Shown piece after piece: positions 8,156 through 18,366 of a stretch of DNA of 32,000 nucleotides. The stretch is from Crocosphaera subtropica ATCC 51142. GTDB lineage: Bacteria; Cyanobacteriota; Cyanobacteriia; Cyanobacteriales; Microcystaceae. Under the pieces are notes generated by a model, which did no database searches, was not told where the DNA came from, and saw nothing but the letters and a program-made list of their open reading frames with translations. The number at the start of each line of letters is the position of its first letter. The stretch's first letter is position 1. The stretch covers positions 3,690,001 to 3,722,000 of the forward strand of contig NC_010546.1 in NCBI RefSeq assembly GCF_000017845.1. Reading direction: 5' to 3'. A program made the position numbers and the translations under genes.

Positions 8156-9724
8156 TTATCTATATTGAGTCACTTGTGTCTGTGTTCCTTGGCGAAGGGC
8201 GCGAGTTTGTTCTAAAATATTTTCAATATTTTCTTGAGAGAGATTTTGAACATAATTAATTTTAATTTCTTCTAGTAAATCATTCAGTAACGATTCAATT
8301 TGATCGATGCTGTGTTCTGCTTGCAATTCAGTTCCTAGAGAGTTACTAAATTTTTCAACTAACTTCTCTAAAAGTAAATCAAATTCTGGGTCTTCAATTA
8401 ATAATCCCTGTAGTCCCACGGATAACCCTTGATACAGTTGAGAAACTAATCTTTCAGTTAATTGGTGTTGCATAACTTTAACCCCTGGAACATTCTCTAA
8501 ACCCCGATATGCAGGGGTCTGGGTTAACGCTTTGTCTACGTTATAGCGTAAAAATGCTTCGGCTTCAGGACGAATTTCAGGCATGACTTTATTGATCACT
8601 AAATTAGCCATCAGTTTGACTAATTCTGAGGTTTCATTAACATCATTGATATCAACATATTGTCTAGTATTTTGTCTAACTAAAATATCACGAACAGTTC
8701 CATCTTGAATGGTTCCTTGGATTTGATTAACCACTTGAATAATAACGACTTCGGTAATATCTTGGGCAATTCCCGCTACAAACCCTTGACTAGCTTGTTT
8801 TTTAATGGCTTTTAAATCGATTAAATTTGATTCATCTAAACGAATAATTAAGGGAATAATTCTCAGAAAACGAAGTATGGGAATCAGTAAGAAAATATCG
8901 TACCAACGCCATAACATAGCATCAAACCAACTAACCCCTGTATGACGACGACTAATATACCAACTGCGAGCTAAAAATTCGGTTAAAAACAATAGGAAAA
9001 AGGGAAAATCAATTAAACCAAAATTGTTAACAGGTTCTCCATTTTCTCCAACAGGACGAAAGTAATTAGTAGAAATTAAAGGGGCAATTTGTTGGTCAAA
9101 AAAGTTAAGTTCGTTACGCCAACCATTTTGCCGAAAATTCTTCTCACTCCAAAATTGCTCAAACGCATCTTTTGCTGAACTATCTTCTGTGCCAAAAACG
9201 TGTTCTCGCATCTTATTTTTGATTCGTTCTAACGTTCCCGTTTTATTAGCTATCAGAAAGGGATTATCTTGAAGCATTCCTATACTTCTTTCCCGAAGAT
9301 CAGCTAATATTTGCTCAATATTGTCTTGAGAGGCTCTATTGTCTGTTGTGTTAGGATCTGTAAAGGCTTGTTGACTAACCAGCTGATTAACTGCTTCGTT
9401 CAAGTCTTCTACTCTTTCTAAATATAGAGCAGTATCTCGATAGGGTTCAATCCCTTTTATAATGTCATAGTTGGTAATAATTTCTGAAACAGAATCCGGG
9501 ATAACTCTTAAGGGTGGTTTGGGAATTTCTTTTTCAAAAGTTCCAATTTTTATATAAAGTTGAACTTTACCTTGTAACCAAAAATCTCGTAAAGGAATGT
9601 AAGTTAAATCAAAAATAACGAGAATATAGTTAGCTAAAACTATCAAAGCCATGATTTTTTCAAACCAACGGCGAGGACGAGAAAATTTTTTTTGAGATCC
9701 TGAAGACACTTTTGTTATCGTCAT
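8156..9724 (-). CDS. membrane protein with voltage-sensor-like (S1-S4-like) helices and a long coiled-coil-prone C-terminus
   Basis: Start set at Met44 of the track ORF (MTITKVSS...). Helices: IMALIVLANYILVIFDLTYI; FPFFLLFLTEFLARSWYI; WFDAMLWRWYDIFLLIPIL; then the basic helix LRFLRIIPLIIRLD. No pore-like segment follows. Confidence 0.6.
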   Translation of the reverse strand: MTITKVSSGSQKKFSRPRRWFEKIMALIVLANYILVIFDLTYIPLRDFWLQGKVQLYIKIGTFEKEIPKPPLRVIPDSVSEIITNYDIIKGIEPYRDTALYLERVEDLNEAVNQLVSQQAFTDPNTTDNRASQDNIEQILADLRERSIGMLQDNPFLIANKTGTLERIKNKMREHVFGTEDSSAKDAFEQFWSEKNFRQNGWRNELNFFDQQIAPLISTNYFRPVGENGEPVNNFGLIDFPFFLLFLTEFLARSWYISRRHTGVSWFDAMLWRWYDIFLLIPILRFLRIIPLIIRLDESNLIDLKAIKKQASQGFVAGIAQDITEVVIIQVVNQIQGTIQDGTVRDILVRQNTRQYVDINDVNETSELVKLMANLVINKVMPEIRPEAEAFLRYNVDKALTQTPAYRGLENVPGVKVMQHQLTERLVSQLYQGLSVGLQGLLIEDPEFDLLLEKLVEKFSNSLGTELQAEHSIDQIESLLNDLLEEIKINYVQNLSQENIENILEQTRALRQGTQTQVTQYR

Positions 9725-9909
9725 ACTAAGAATTATACCACCCTCGAAAATTTTATTAAAATGTAAACTAGACTTATTATAAAGGAACTTTCTTATTTGT
9801 CTAGGAAGTCTATAGTTTATATAGTATAGTAAGATTAATAGAACCAAAATCACAAGTTAGCTATTTTTCTTTTAACCTTTTTATACTCAACAATTAATTA
9901 AAATTAATA

Positions 9910-12900
9910 ATGACTGCAAATATTCAAAAATCTTATAATTATAAAGTGGGTGGAAGTCTAGGATTTGATCATCCCACTTATGTAGAAAGACAAGCAGACA
10001 AAACCCTTTTAACAGCGTTAAAAGAGGGAAAATTCTGCTACGTTTTTAACTGTCGTCAGATGGGAAAATCCAGTTTAAGGGTGCGAGCGATGCACCAACT
10101 CCAAGAGCAAGGAATGAGTTGTGCTTCTGTGGATATTACCAGTTTAGGAAGTGATATTAGTCAAAAACAATGGTACAGTGGCATCATTACTCAATTATTT
10201 TTAGGCTTTAATTTAATCGGAAAAGTTAACTTAAAAGTTTGGCTCAGAGAACGGGAAGACTTATCAGGAGTTCAAAAATTTGCTGAGTTTTTAGAAGAGG
10301 TTTTACTGGTTCATTGTTCGGGAGAAAAGATTTATATTTTTATCGATGAAATTGATAAAGTTCTTAGTTTAAATTTTTCGTTAGATGACTTTTTTTCTGT
10401 AATTCGTTTCTTTTATAATCAAAGAGCAGAAAACCCTAAGTTTGAAAGATTAGTCTTTTCTTTATTTGGGGTAGCCACCCCTACCGATTTAATTCAAGAT
10501 AAAACTCAAACCCCTTTTAATATTGGTTATCCTATCGAATTAACAGGGTTTACCTCAGAAGAAATAGAACCGCTTGCCCCTGGTTTAACTCCGATTACAG
10601 ATCATCCTCAAGCCGTGTTGAGAAGCATTTTATACTGGACAGGGGGACAACCTTTTTTAACCCAAAAAGTCTGTGACTTACTCTTAACTAAATCAGAAAT
10701 TATACCGCCAGAAAAAGAAAAGGATTGGGTTGATAAACTTGTCCAAAAATTTATTATTGAAAATTGGGAATCCCACGATGAACCGGTTCACTTAAAAACT
10801 ATTCGAGAACGTCTTTTTAGGAATGAAAAACGGGCCGGACGGCTTTTAGGAATGTATCAACAAATTTTGCAACAGGGATTCTTAAAAAGTGATGAAAGTC
10901 CCGAACAAACAGAACTAAGACTATCAGGTTTAGTGGTTAAAAAGAACGGAACCTTAGTCGTTTACAATAAAATATATCAAGCAGTTTTCAATGAAAAATG
11001 GGTTAGCAAAGAATTAGAAAAAATTAGACCTTATTCTGAAATGTTAACAGCTTGGGTCAATTCTAACTATGAAGATAATTCCCGTCTATTGCGAGGACAG
11101 GCACTAAAAGATGCCCTAACTTGGGCGATGGATAAAAGTTTAAGTGATCTTGATTATAAGTATTTAACTGAAAGTCAAAACCTAGATAAACGAGAAGCAG
11201 AAATTAATCTCGCAACTCAACAACAAGCCAATGAAATCTTAACTAAAGCCAATCACAAAGCTCAAAGGATGATTCGTTTAGGAATGGGGATTTTAGCCGT
11301 TTCTTTGGTAGGAGCAACTATTGCGTTTAATCAAGCTTGGATAGCCTTTCAAAAGCAAAAAGAAGCCCAAATGGGAACCCAATTAGAACAAATTGGAGAC
11401 AGTGCTTGGCGACAATTTGAATTTGAGCAATTGGAAGGCTTGGTATCGGCAATGGAAGCCAATCAAAAGTTACAAACCTTAGTCAAAGATAGACGACTTT
11501 TAGAAGATTATCCTGCGACTAGCCCTATTTCTGCCATTGAACAAATTCTTAACCGTATCCAAGAAAAAAATAAATTAATCGGTCATCAAGATGCCGTTAA
11601 TAGTGTTAGCTTTAGTCCCGATGGTCAATGGATAGCCACCGCTTCGAGTGATGGGACGGTTCGTTTATGGAACCAACAAGGACAACAAAAAGTTATTTTG
11701 AATGGTCATGAAGGCAATATTTATGGGGTGGCTTTTAGTCCTGATAGTCAAACCCTAGCCACTGCAGCCCAAGATGATACTGCTAGAATATGGGACTTAC
11801 AGGGAAAACAATTAGCTGTTCTCAAGGGTCATACTGCCTCAGTTTATAGTGTTACCTTTAGTCAGGATGGTCAACGCCTGGCTACCACCTCACGGGACAA
11901 TACGGCCAGAATTTGGGATAGACAGGGAAACCCGTTAGTGGTGTTACAAGGTCACACGCGATCAGTGGATGATGTGGCTTTTAGTACAGATGGTCAATAC
12001 ATTGCTACGGCTTCACGGGATGGAACGGCTAAATTATGGGATAATCAAGGTAATTTAATCAAAAGTTTGCAAGAAGATGCGATTCCTGTCTATAGCATTA
12101 GTTTTAGCCCCGACGGTCAACGAATTGCTGCTGGTGCTAGGGATGGAACCGTTAAAATTTGGGATAAACAAGGAAATTTGACTTTAACGTTGAAAGGCCA
12201 TCAAGAATTGGTTAATAGCGTGGTATTTAGTCGGGATGGCAACTGGATAGCCAGTGGTTCTAGTGATGGAACCGCTAGACTCTGGAGTAACCAGGGACAA
12301 GAAATGACCGTGTTAAAAGGTCATCAAGACCCTATTTATGATGTCGCTTTGAGTCGCCAAGGGACAGAGTTAGCTACCGCTTCAAGTGATGGAACGGTTA
12401 AATTATGGGCTGTCAGACAAACGCCCAATAATGGGTTTAATACCTTAGATACTTATGTTACCAGTGCTGACTTTTCTCAGGATGGTCAATTATTAGCGAT
12501 CGCCGATGAAAGTGGTCGGGTTTATCTTTGGAATTTACAGGGAAAAAAGTTACAAGAATTTGAAGCCCATAACAGTGGAATTAATGCAATTCGTATCAGT
12601 CCCAATGGGAAAATAATCGCAACCACCGGTAATAATGGCGGTGTCAAGTTATGGAATTTGCAAGGTCAATTATTGGGGGAATTAAAGGATGATAATGTAA
12701 GAATTTATAGCCTCGATTTTAACGAAGATAGTACAACCTTAGCAATAGCCAATCGTTCAGGAGAAGTTTGGTTATGGGATTTAGAAATCAACCCTTATCA
12801 ACTCCTCAAAAAATTCAAAGCCCATGATGATACCATTACCCATATAAGTTTTAGTCAAAATACTCAAAACCTAGGGACAGCATCTATAGATGGAACAGCT

Positions 12901-13425
12901 AAAATATGGGACTTAGAAGGCAATTTACAACAGTCTTTAGCGGGACATTCAGATCCCATTAATTGGCTTAGTTTTAGTCCTAATGGAGACTATTTATTAA
13001 CCGGATCTCAAGATAGTACCATCAAATTATGGAACCCAACAGGAGACTTAATTGCAACTTTAAAAAGTGATTTATTTCCTATTTCTCGTGTTACCTTCAG
13101 TCCCAATGGACAGTATTTTCTTACCGCTTCTCAAGATGGAACTGTAAGACTATGGGATCGAGAAGGAAAGCTACATACGAAGATGAAAGGCCATCAAGAA
13201 TCCCTTGAAAGTCTACAATTTACTCCTAATAATCAAACCATACTAACCATTGGTAGAGATGGCAAGGTCAAAATGTGGCCAGTAGAAGCAGAATATGCAC
13301 GTTTAACCTCACTTTTAAACCAAGGATGTCAGTGGTTAGAAGATTATTTAATTACCCGTCCCCAGGAACAGGAAAAGTTATCCAGTTGTGCTACTTCTAA
13401 TAGTAGTCAAATCAATAACCCATAA
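9910..13425 (+). CDS. P-loop NTPase (AAA-like/STAND-type) - single TM helix - 14x WD40 repeat protein
   Basis: Walker A-like FNCRQMGKSSL (about 10050-10075). Walker B IYIFIDEID (about 10335-10356). Hydrophobic helix MIRLGMGILAVSLVGATIAFNQAWIAF (about 11269-11350). Then 14 units of GHxxxVxxVxFSPDGQxIATASxDGTxxLW. Confidence 0.85.
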   Translation: MTANIQKSYNYKVGGSLGFDHPTYVERQADKTLLTALKEGKFCYVFNCRQMGKSSLRVRAMHQLQEQGMSCASVDITSLGSDISQKQWYSGIITQLFLGFNLIGKVNLKVWLREREDLSGVQKFAEFLEEVLLVHCSGEKIYIFIDEIDKVLSLNFSLDDFFSVIRFFYNQRAENPKFERLVFSLFGVATPTDLIQDKTQTPFNIGYPIELTGFTSEEIEPLAPGLTPITDHPQAVLRSILYWTGGQPFLTQKVCDLLLTKSEIIPPEKEKDWVDKLVQKFIIENWESHDEPVHLKTIRERLFRNEKRAGRLLGMYQQILQQGFLKSDESPEQTELRLSGLVVKKNGTLVVYNKIYQAVFNEKWVSKELEKIRPYSEMLTAWVNSNYEDNSRLLRGQALKDALTWAMDKSLSDLDYKYLTESQNLDKREAEINLATQQQANEILTKANHKAQRMIRLGMGILAVSLVGATIAFNQAWIAFQKQKEAQMGTQLEQIGDSAWRQFEFEQLEGLVSAMEANQKLQTLVKDRRLLEDYPATSPISAIEQILNRIQEKNKLIGHQDAVNSVSFSPDGQWIATASSDGTVRLWNQQGQQKVILNGHEGNIYGVAFSPDSQTLATAAQDDTARIWDLQGKQLAVLKGHTASVYSVTFSQDGQRLATTSRDNTARIWDRQGNPLVVLQGHTRSVDDVAFSTDGQYIATASRDGTAKLWDNQGNLIKSLQEDAIPVYSISFSPDGQRIAAGARDGTVKIWDKQGNLTLTLKGHQELVNSVVFSRDGNWIASGSSDGTARLWSNQGQEMTVLKGHQDPIYDVALSRQGTELATASSDGTVKLWAVRQTPNNGFNTLDTYVTSADFSQDGQLLAIADESGRVYLWNLQGKKLQEFEAHNSGINAIRISPNGKIIATTGNNGGVKLWNLQGQLLGELKDDNVRIYSLDFNEDSTTLAIANRSGEVWLWDLEINPYQLLKKFKAHDDTITHISFSQNTQNLGTASIDGTAKIWDLEGNLQQSLAGHSDPINWLSFSPNGDYLLTGSQDSTIKLWNPTGDLIATLKSDLFPISRVTFSPNGQYFLTASQDGTVRLWDREGKLHTKMKGHQESLESLQFTPNNQTILTIGRDGKVKMWPVEAEYARLTSLLNQGCQWLEDYLITRPQEQEKLSSCATSNSSQINNP
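11581..13285 (+). repeat. intragenic 123-nt (41-codon) periodic WD40 repeat array, 14 units
   Basis: GGTCAT/GGCCAT unit starts at 11581, 11704, 11827 and 11950 are exactly 123 nt apart. Later units carry small indels. Confidence 0.85.
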
Positions 13426-13548
13426 GGGTCGTTCCTATCTTAATTAAAAAAGTCTTAATTTTTATTTAAAATTTGGTCAATCTTGTCCCAAAACCGATAA
13501 AGTATGTTTCAGGGATTATTCAAGGAGAAATATTTTAGGCAATTAATT

Positions 13549-14112
13549 ATGGCATATTATTGGTTTAAAGCTTTTCATTTAATTGGTATTGTAGTTTGGT
13601 TTGCAGGATTATTTTATTTAGTTCGTTTATTTGTTTATCATGCTGAAGCTTCAGAGAAAAAAGAACCAGATCAAAGCATTCTTAAAGCACAGTATGAAAT
13701 TATGGAGAAACGTCTTTATAATATTATTACAACCCCAGGAATGATTGTCACCGTTGCCATGGCCGTTGGCTTAGTTTCTACTGAACCTGATATTTTAAAG
13801 TCGGGATGGTTACATATCAAATTAGCTTTTGTGGCTTTATTATTGGGCTATCATTTCTACTGTGGGCGAATTATGAGACAGTTGGAAAAAGGTGAATGTC
13901 AATGGACAGGACAGCAATTTAGGGCATTAAATGAAGCCCCAACGGTTCTATTAGTTATTATTGTTTTATTGGCCATCTTCAAGAACAATTTACCCCTGGA
14001 TTTAACCACTTGGCTGATTGTGGCTTTAGTGATTGCGATGGCAGCATCTATACAATTATATGCTAAAAAAAGACGACTGGCTCAAGAAAAATTAAGTTCT
14101 TCCACCGATTAA
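13549..14112 (+). CDS. hemJ: protoporphyrinogen IX oxidase HemJ
   Basis: MAYYWFKAFHLIGIVVWFAGLFYLVRLFVYHAEA... matches the HemJ (slr1790-type) N-terminus. Membrane protein of 4-5 TM. The track start at 13504 adds 15 non-conserved residues. Confidence 0.8.
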   Translation: MAYYWFKAFHLIGIVVWFAGLFYLVRLFVYHAEASEKKEPDQSILKAQYEIMEKRLYNIITTPGMIVTVAMAVGLVSTEPDILKSGWLHIKLAFVALLLGYHFYCGRIMRQLEKGECQWTGQQFRALNEAPTVLLVIIVLLAIFKNNLPLDLTTWLIVALVIAMAASIQLYAKKRRLAQEKLSSSTD

Positions 14113-14123
14113 AAAAATAGATT

Positions 14124-14158
14124 AATAACTTGTCTGTTGAGACAAGTTATTTTATTTC
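14124..14158. terminator. bidirectional intrinsic terminator between convergent hemJ and argS
   Basis: AATAACTTGTCT-gttg-AGACAAGTTATT is a 12-bp perfect stem. It is flanked by an A-run upstream and TTATTT downstream. Confidence 0.75.
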
Positions 14159-14264
14159 TATAACAGTAGAAAAATTAGTTAGGACATTTTTGTTTGTTTA
14201 CTTGTTATTCCCAGGACACGAGGAATCTGATTAACATTTTAACCATAAGGAGTAGTGAGATAAC

Positions 14265-16022
14265 TTACATTCTTTCTAATACTGAAATTCCTAACAAAGA
14301 TAACCCTAATTTCAGGGTTCTTGCAGTTAAATCACATAGTAGTAAACGGGATGTTTTCACAGGTTCATCTGACTTTAAAACAGGACAATTCTCGTAAAAA
14401 CGATTAAACTTTTTACTGAGTTCATACAGATAATCACAAAGACGGTTAGGAAGTAAACTTTTTTCCACTTCTTTGATGGTTTCGTTGAGTTGTAATAGAT
14501 ATTTTCCTAGTTCAATTTCGGTGTCTTCTTTGAGAAGAATTTGTATATTTTCTCCTAAATTTTCGTAGTCAATATTTCCTTCTCGGCTAATACTTTGGAT
14601 TCTAGCATAAGCATACAACATATAAGGGGCTGTATTCCCTTGTAACGCTAACATTTTATCGTAACTAAAGATATAATCACTAATCCGATTTTGACTTAAA
14701 TCTGCATACTTGACTGCACTAATTCCCACGGTTTCAGCCACATGATTAATAAAGTCTTCTGACTCTTTTCTATCTTCTGCTTGTAAGCGATTTTCTAAGT
14801 CTTTTCGGGCATAATTAACGGCTTCATCTAATAAGTCTTTTAGTTTAACCGTTTCCCCTGAACGGGTTTTTAGTTTTTTCCCGTCTTCCCCTTTTACTAA
14901 CCCAAAAGGGACATGGGTAACGTCTACAGTATCGGGCAAAAAATTGGCTTTTTTAGCGACTTGAAATACTTGGGCAAAGTGATTCGATTGTCCAGCATCC
15001 GTTACATAAATAATCCGTTTAGCTTTGTCTTCTTGAATACGGTATTTTAACGCAGCTAAATCTGTGGTGGCATAGTTATAACCGCCATCAGATTTCTGTA
15101 CAATTAAAGGTAAAGGATCACCTGATTTATTAGTAAATCCTTCTAAGAAAACACATTGCGCCCCTTGATCTTTTTCTAAGATTCCTTGTTCATCTAAAGC
15201 CTTAATAACATCGTTTAAATAAGGATTATAAAAGGATTCCCCTCTTTCTATTAGTTTTACATCTAAACGATCATATATTTTTTGAAATTCTCGACGGGAT
15301 TGATCACAAAGTAACTGCCAAGCTTTGCGACTTTCTTCATCTCCTGATTGCAATTTGACTACTGCTTCTCTGGCTGCTTCTTGGAACTTAGGATCTTCAT
15401 CAAATCGTTTTTTTGCTTGTTTATAAAAGTTAACCAGATCCCCAATTTCTAAAACATCCGCTTGAGTTAACGCATCGGGATACACTTCTTTTAAATAGGT
15501 AATTAACATGCCAAACTGCGTCCCCCAGTCTCCCACATGATTCAGTCTTAAAACCTCATACCCTAAAAATTCTAAAGTACGAGCAATACAATCACCGATA
15601 ATAGTTGATCGTAAATGTCCCACGTGCATTTCTTTGGCAATATTAGGGCTAGAAAAATCCACAATGACTTTATCAGCATTATGTACTTTTTCAATGCCTA
15701 AACGCTGATTTTGATACAAAGATTTTAATTGAGTTTCTAAGTAACTAGATTTCAGTTTTAAATTGATAAAACCTGGACCACCAATAGTAGGGTTTTCACA
15801 AATAGTATTTAAGGATAAATTATTGATAATAATTTGAGCAATTTCTCTAGGATTTTTACCTAATTTTTTGGCTAAAGGAAGGGCAATATTTGCTTGATAA
15901 TCTCCATGTCTAAGATCCCTTGCTAGGTTTACTTGGGGATCAACATCTTTAAATTCTTCACCAAAAGACTTCACTAAAGCGTCTTGAAACTTCTGGGTTA
16001 GTTGCTCATTAATAGAAGTCAT
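14265..16022 (-). CDS. argS: arginine--tRNA ligase
   Basis: 585 aa. Class I HIGH-type motif [17 protein letters not shown]. Overall ArgS layout, ending in the typical C-terminal Met. Confidence 0.95.
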   Translation of the reverse strand: MTSINEQLTQKFQDALVKSFGEEFKDVDPQVNLARDLRHGDYQANIALPLAKKLGKNPREIAQIIINNLSLNTICENPTIGGPGFINLKLKSSYLETQLKSLYQNQRLGIEKVHNADKVIVDFSSPNIAKEMHVGHLRSTIIGDCIARTLEFLGYEVLRLNHVGDWGTQFGMLITYLKEVYPDALTQADVLEIGDLVNFYKQAKKRFDEDPKFQEAAREAVVKLQSGDEESRKAWQLLCDQSRREFQKIYDRLDVKLIERGESFYNPYLNDVIKALDEQGILEKDQGAQCVFLEGFTNKSGDPLPLIVQKSDGGYNYATTDLAALKYRIQEDKAKRIIYVTDAGQSNHFAQVFQVAKKANFLPDTVDVTHVPFGLVKGEDGKKLKTRSGETVKLKDLLDEAVNYARKDLENRLQAEDRKESEDFINHVAETVGISAVKYADLSQNRISDYIFSYDKMLALQGNTAPYMLYAYARIQSISREGNIDYENLGENIQILLKEDTEIELGKYLLQLNETIKEVEKSLLPNRLCDYLYELSKKFNRFYENCPVLKSDEPVKTSRLLLCDLTARTLKLGLSLLGISVLERM

Positions 16023-16179
16023 AATACTTAAAAATATCTTAGAAACATTTAACTACTTTTTTAGCTTTTTTAGCTTATCATAATTAATAGGGTAATAACT
16101 ATAAATTAATCACAAAGATTTATCTAAGCACTTATCTCTCCATTCACCTAGATAACGAAATACGGAGACAGAAATAATC

Positions 16180-17052
16180 ATGAAAAAATTTCTACATAAA
16201 GTCATCCAAATCTTAGATACTTTACCTCAATCTCTTATTCTCATTTTATCCTTGATATTAGTGCTTATCATTACCTCTTTAGATTATTACATAAAAATTG
16301 ATTTAGGCATTTCAATTTTTTATTTATTTCCTATCGCTGTAGTAACATGGTATGGGAATAGAAAAATTGGACTTATTTTTTCTTTCCTCTGTTCTCTATG
16401 TTGGTTGTGGGCAGAAATAAACATGATCGATAATTCCCAACTTTGGTTAGAACCGTGGAATGCTACTGTTCGGTTATCTTTCTTTATTATTGTAACCTAT
16501 TTATTATCAGAACTAAAAGCAGCCTATGAAAGAGAGAAAAAATTAGCCCGTACTGACAGTTTAACAGGAGCAGTGAATAGACGTTTTTTTCGTGAACTTT
16601 TACGGGAGGAAATTGATAGACTTGCTCGTTATAATCATCCTTTCACCTTAGCTTATTTTGATGTAGATAACTTTAAAATGGTTAATGATCAATCAGGTCA
16701 TAGTAAGGGAGATTATTTGTTAAATAAAATCACAACAACTATCGAATTAAATATTAGACAAACAGATATATTGGCTAGACTAGGAGGAGATGAATTTGCC
16801 TTAATTTTATTAGAAATAGATTACCAAAAAGCTAATCTTGTTTTACATCGTATTCAAGAACAACTTTTATTAATGGCAGAAGTTGAAAAAATGCCTATCA
16901 GCTTCAGTATTGGTGCCATTACTTATTATATAATTCCTCAATCTGTTGATCATGCCATTGAAGAAGTTGATCATTTAATGTATGATATTAAACATCATGG
17001 TAAAAATGGGCTAAAACATAAACTTAACGATAAGATAAATATCAATAAATAA
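16180..17052 (+). CDS. membrane-anchored diguanylate cyclase (GGDEF domain)
   Basis: Four N-terminal hydrophobic helices, then RTDSLTGAVNRRFF...FDVDNFKMVND..GH..GD. Intact GGDEF (16783-16797) with an RxxD I-site (RQTD, 16756-16767) five residues upstream. Confidence 0.9.
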   Translation: MKKFLHKVIQILDTLPQSLILILSLILVLIITSLDYYIKIDLGISIFYLFPIAVVTWYGNRKIGLIFSFLCSLCWLWAEINMIDNSQLWLEPWNATVRLSFFIIVTYLLSELKAAYEREKKLARTDSLTGAVNRRFFRELLREEIDRLARYNHPFTLAYFDVDNFKMVNDQSGHSKGDYLLNKITTTIELNIRQTDILARLGGDEFALILLEIDYQKANLVLHRIQEQLLLMAEVEKMPISFSIGAITYYIIPQSVDHAIEEVDHLMYDIKHHGKNGLKHKLNDKININK

Positions 17053-17058
17053 AATAAG

Positions 17059-18366
17059 ATGTCTATCTCTCGAAGAAATTTTCTTGCCATAGCAGGGATG
17101 AGTTTTACTAGCGTTATTGCTGCTAATTCTCTTAAGAATTATTATTATCGTGTTGCTCAGGGAAAATCTCTCAGCACCGATAAATTTGGTCAGTTAATCC
17201 CTGATCCTAAGGGTATCTTGGATCTCCCTAAAGGTTGGCAATATCAAGTTATTTCCTATGGAGGAAAATCGATGGAAGATGGACATATTGTTCCTCCTGC
17301 TTTCGATGGAATGGCAACATTTTCGGGTAACAACGGCGAGATAATTTTAGTGCGTAATCATGAATTAAGTACCAATTCATCCTATGGAGTTAAGGGGTTA
17401 ACAGAAGATAAATATGACCCCATTTCTCAAGGGGGAACAACTACATTAATCCTCAATAAAAATTTGACTGTCAAACAAGAATTCGCTTCTTTAGTTGGAA
17501 CAAATCGAAATTGCGCAGGGGGAATAACCCCTTGGAATTCTTGGATTAGTTGCGAAGAAGATACCTCTATTTCTATGATCAAGAATCAAGATACTGCTAA
17601 TCATATAATCAAGAAACATGGTTATAACTTTGAAGTTCCTTCCCAGGGAAAAATGACAAAAGCGACTCCCTTACTTGACATGGGAAGATTTCGCCACGAA
17701 GCCATCGCAGTTGATCCAAACACTGGTTACATTTATCAAACAGAAGATCAAAATGACAGTTGTTTTTATCGTTTTCGTCCCCATCAAACCCAAAATTTAC
17801 AACAAGGTGGCATTTTAGAAGCCTTAGTGATCGAAGGAATGCCAAGAATAGATACCAGTAAAAATTATCCCATTAATGAACCAAAACCAGTTAGATGGAT
17901 ACAACTTGAAAATGTTGATCCTGATGAAGATACATTACGCTACGATGCACAAAAAAAAGGGGCTGCTGTTTTTAAACGAGGGGAAGGTATGTGTTTAGCA
18001 AAGGGGGAAATTTATTTCACTTGTACCAGTGGAGGAAATGCAGAAAAAGGTCAAATTTTTCGCTATAATCCTGTTGAGGAAACTATCTCTTTATTTGCTG
18101 AATCTCCTGGTGCAGAAATCTTAGATTATCCTGATAATTTAATTATGTCTCCTTTTGGTGATTTAATTGTCTGTGAAGATGGTTTAGGAGAACAGTTTTT
18201 AATCGGTGTTACCCTTGAAGGTCAATACTATAAATTAGCTCGTAATGCTTATAATAATAGTGAATTCGCTGGTGTTTGTTTTTCTCCTGATGGCAAAACT
18301 CTGTTTGTTAATATTTATTCTCCCGGATTAACTTTAGCTATTTGGGGAGACTGGGAAATAGCTTAA
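17059..18366 (+). CDS. Tat-exported DUF839/PhoX-family beta-propeller protein (putative phosphatase)
   Basis: N-terminal twin-arginine motif SRRNFLAIAG. NCAGGITPWNSWISCEE and later repeats are characteristic of DUF839/PhoX-like proteins (recalled from memory). Starts 6 nt after the GGDEF stop. Confidence 0.6.
   Translation: MSISRRNFLAIAGMSFTSVIAANSLKNYYYRVAQGKSLSTDKFGQLIPDPKGILDLPKGWQYQVISYGGKSMEDGHIVPPAFDGMATFSGNNGEIILVRNHELSTNSSYGVKGLTEDKYDPISQGGTTTLILNKNLTVKQEFASLVGTNRNCAGGITPWNSWISCEEDTSISMIKNQDTANHIIKKHGYNFEVPSQGKMTKATPLLDMGRFRHEAIAVDPNTGYIYQTEDQNDSCFYRFRPHQTQNLQQGGILEALVIEGMPRIDTSKNYPINEPKPVRWIQLENVDPDEDTLRYDAQKKGAAVFKRGEGMCLAKGEIYFTCTSGGNAEKGQIFRYNPVEETISLFAESPGAEILDYPDNLIMSPFGDLIVCEDGLGEQFLIGVTLEGQYYKLARNAYNNSEFAGVCFSPDGKTLFVNIYSPGLTLAIWGDWEIA

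Noticed and set aside
9725-9853. 43-codon N-terminal extension of the 565-aa ORF; similar extensions occur at 13504-13548, 22644-22730, 24874-24939, 27257-27274 and 28114-28143
   Set aside because: The extensions are hydrophobic or low-complexity, or they run through hairpins or upstream genes. The conserved-looking N-termini begin at the internal Met codons used in the feature table. This remains a judgement call without homologue alignments.
14194-14397. 67-aa plus-strand ORF
   Set aside because: It overlaps the 3' end of argS on the opposite strand and has no family features.
17609-17845. 78-aa minus-strand ORF
   Set aside because: It is antisense to, and lies inside, the DUF839/PhoX-like gene.
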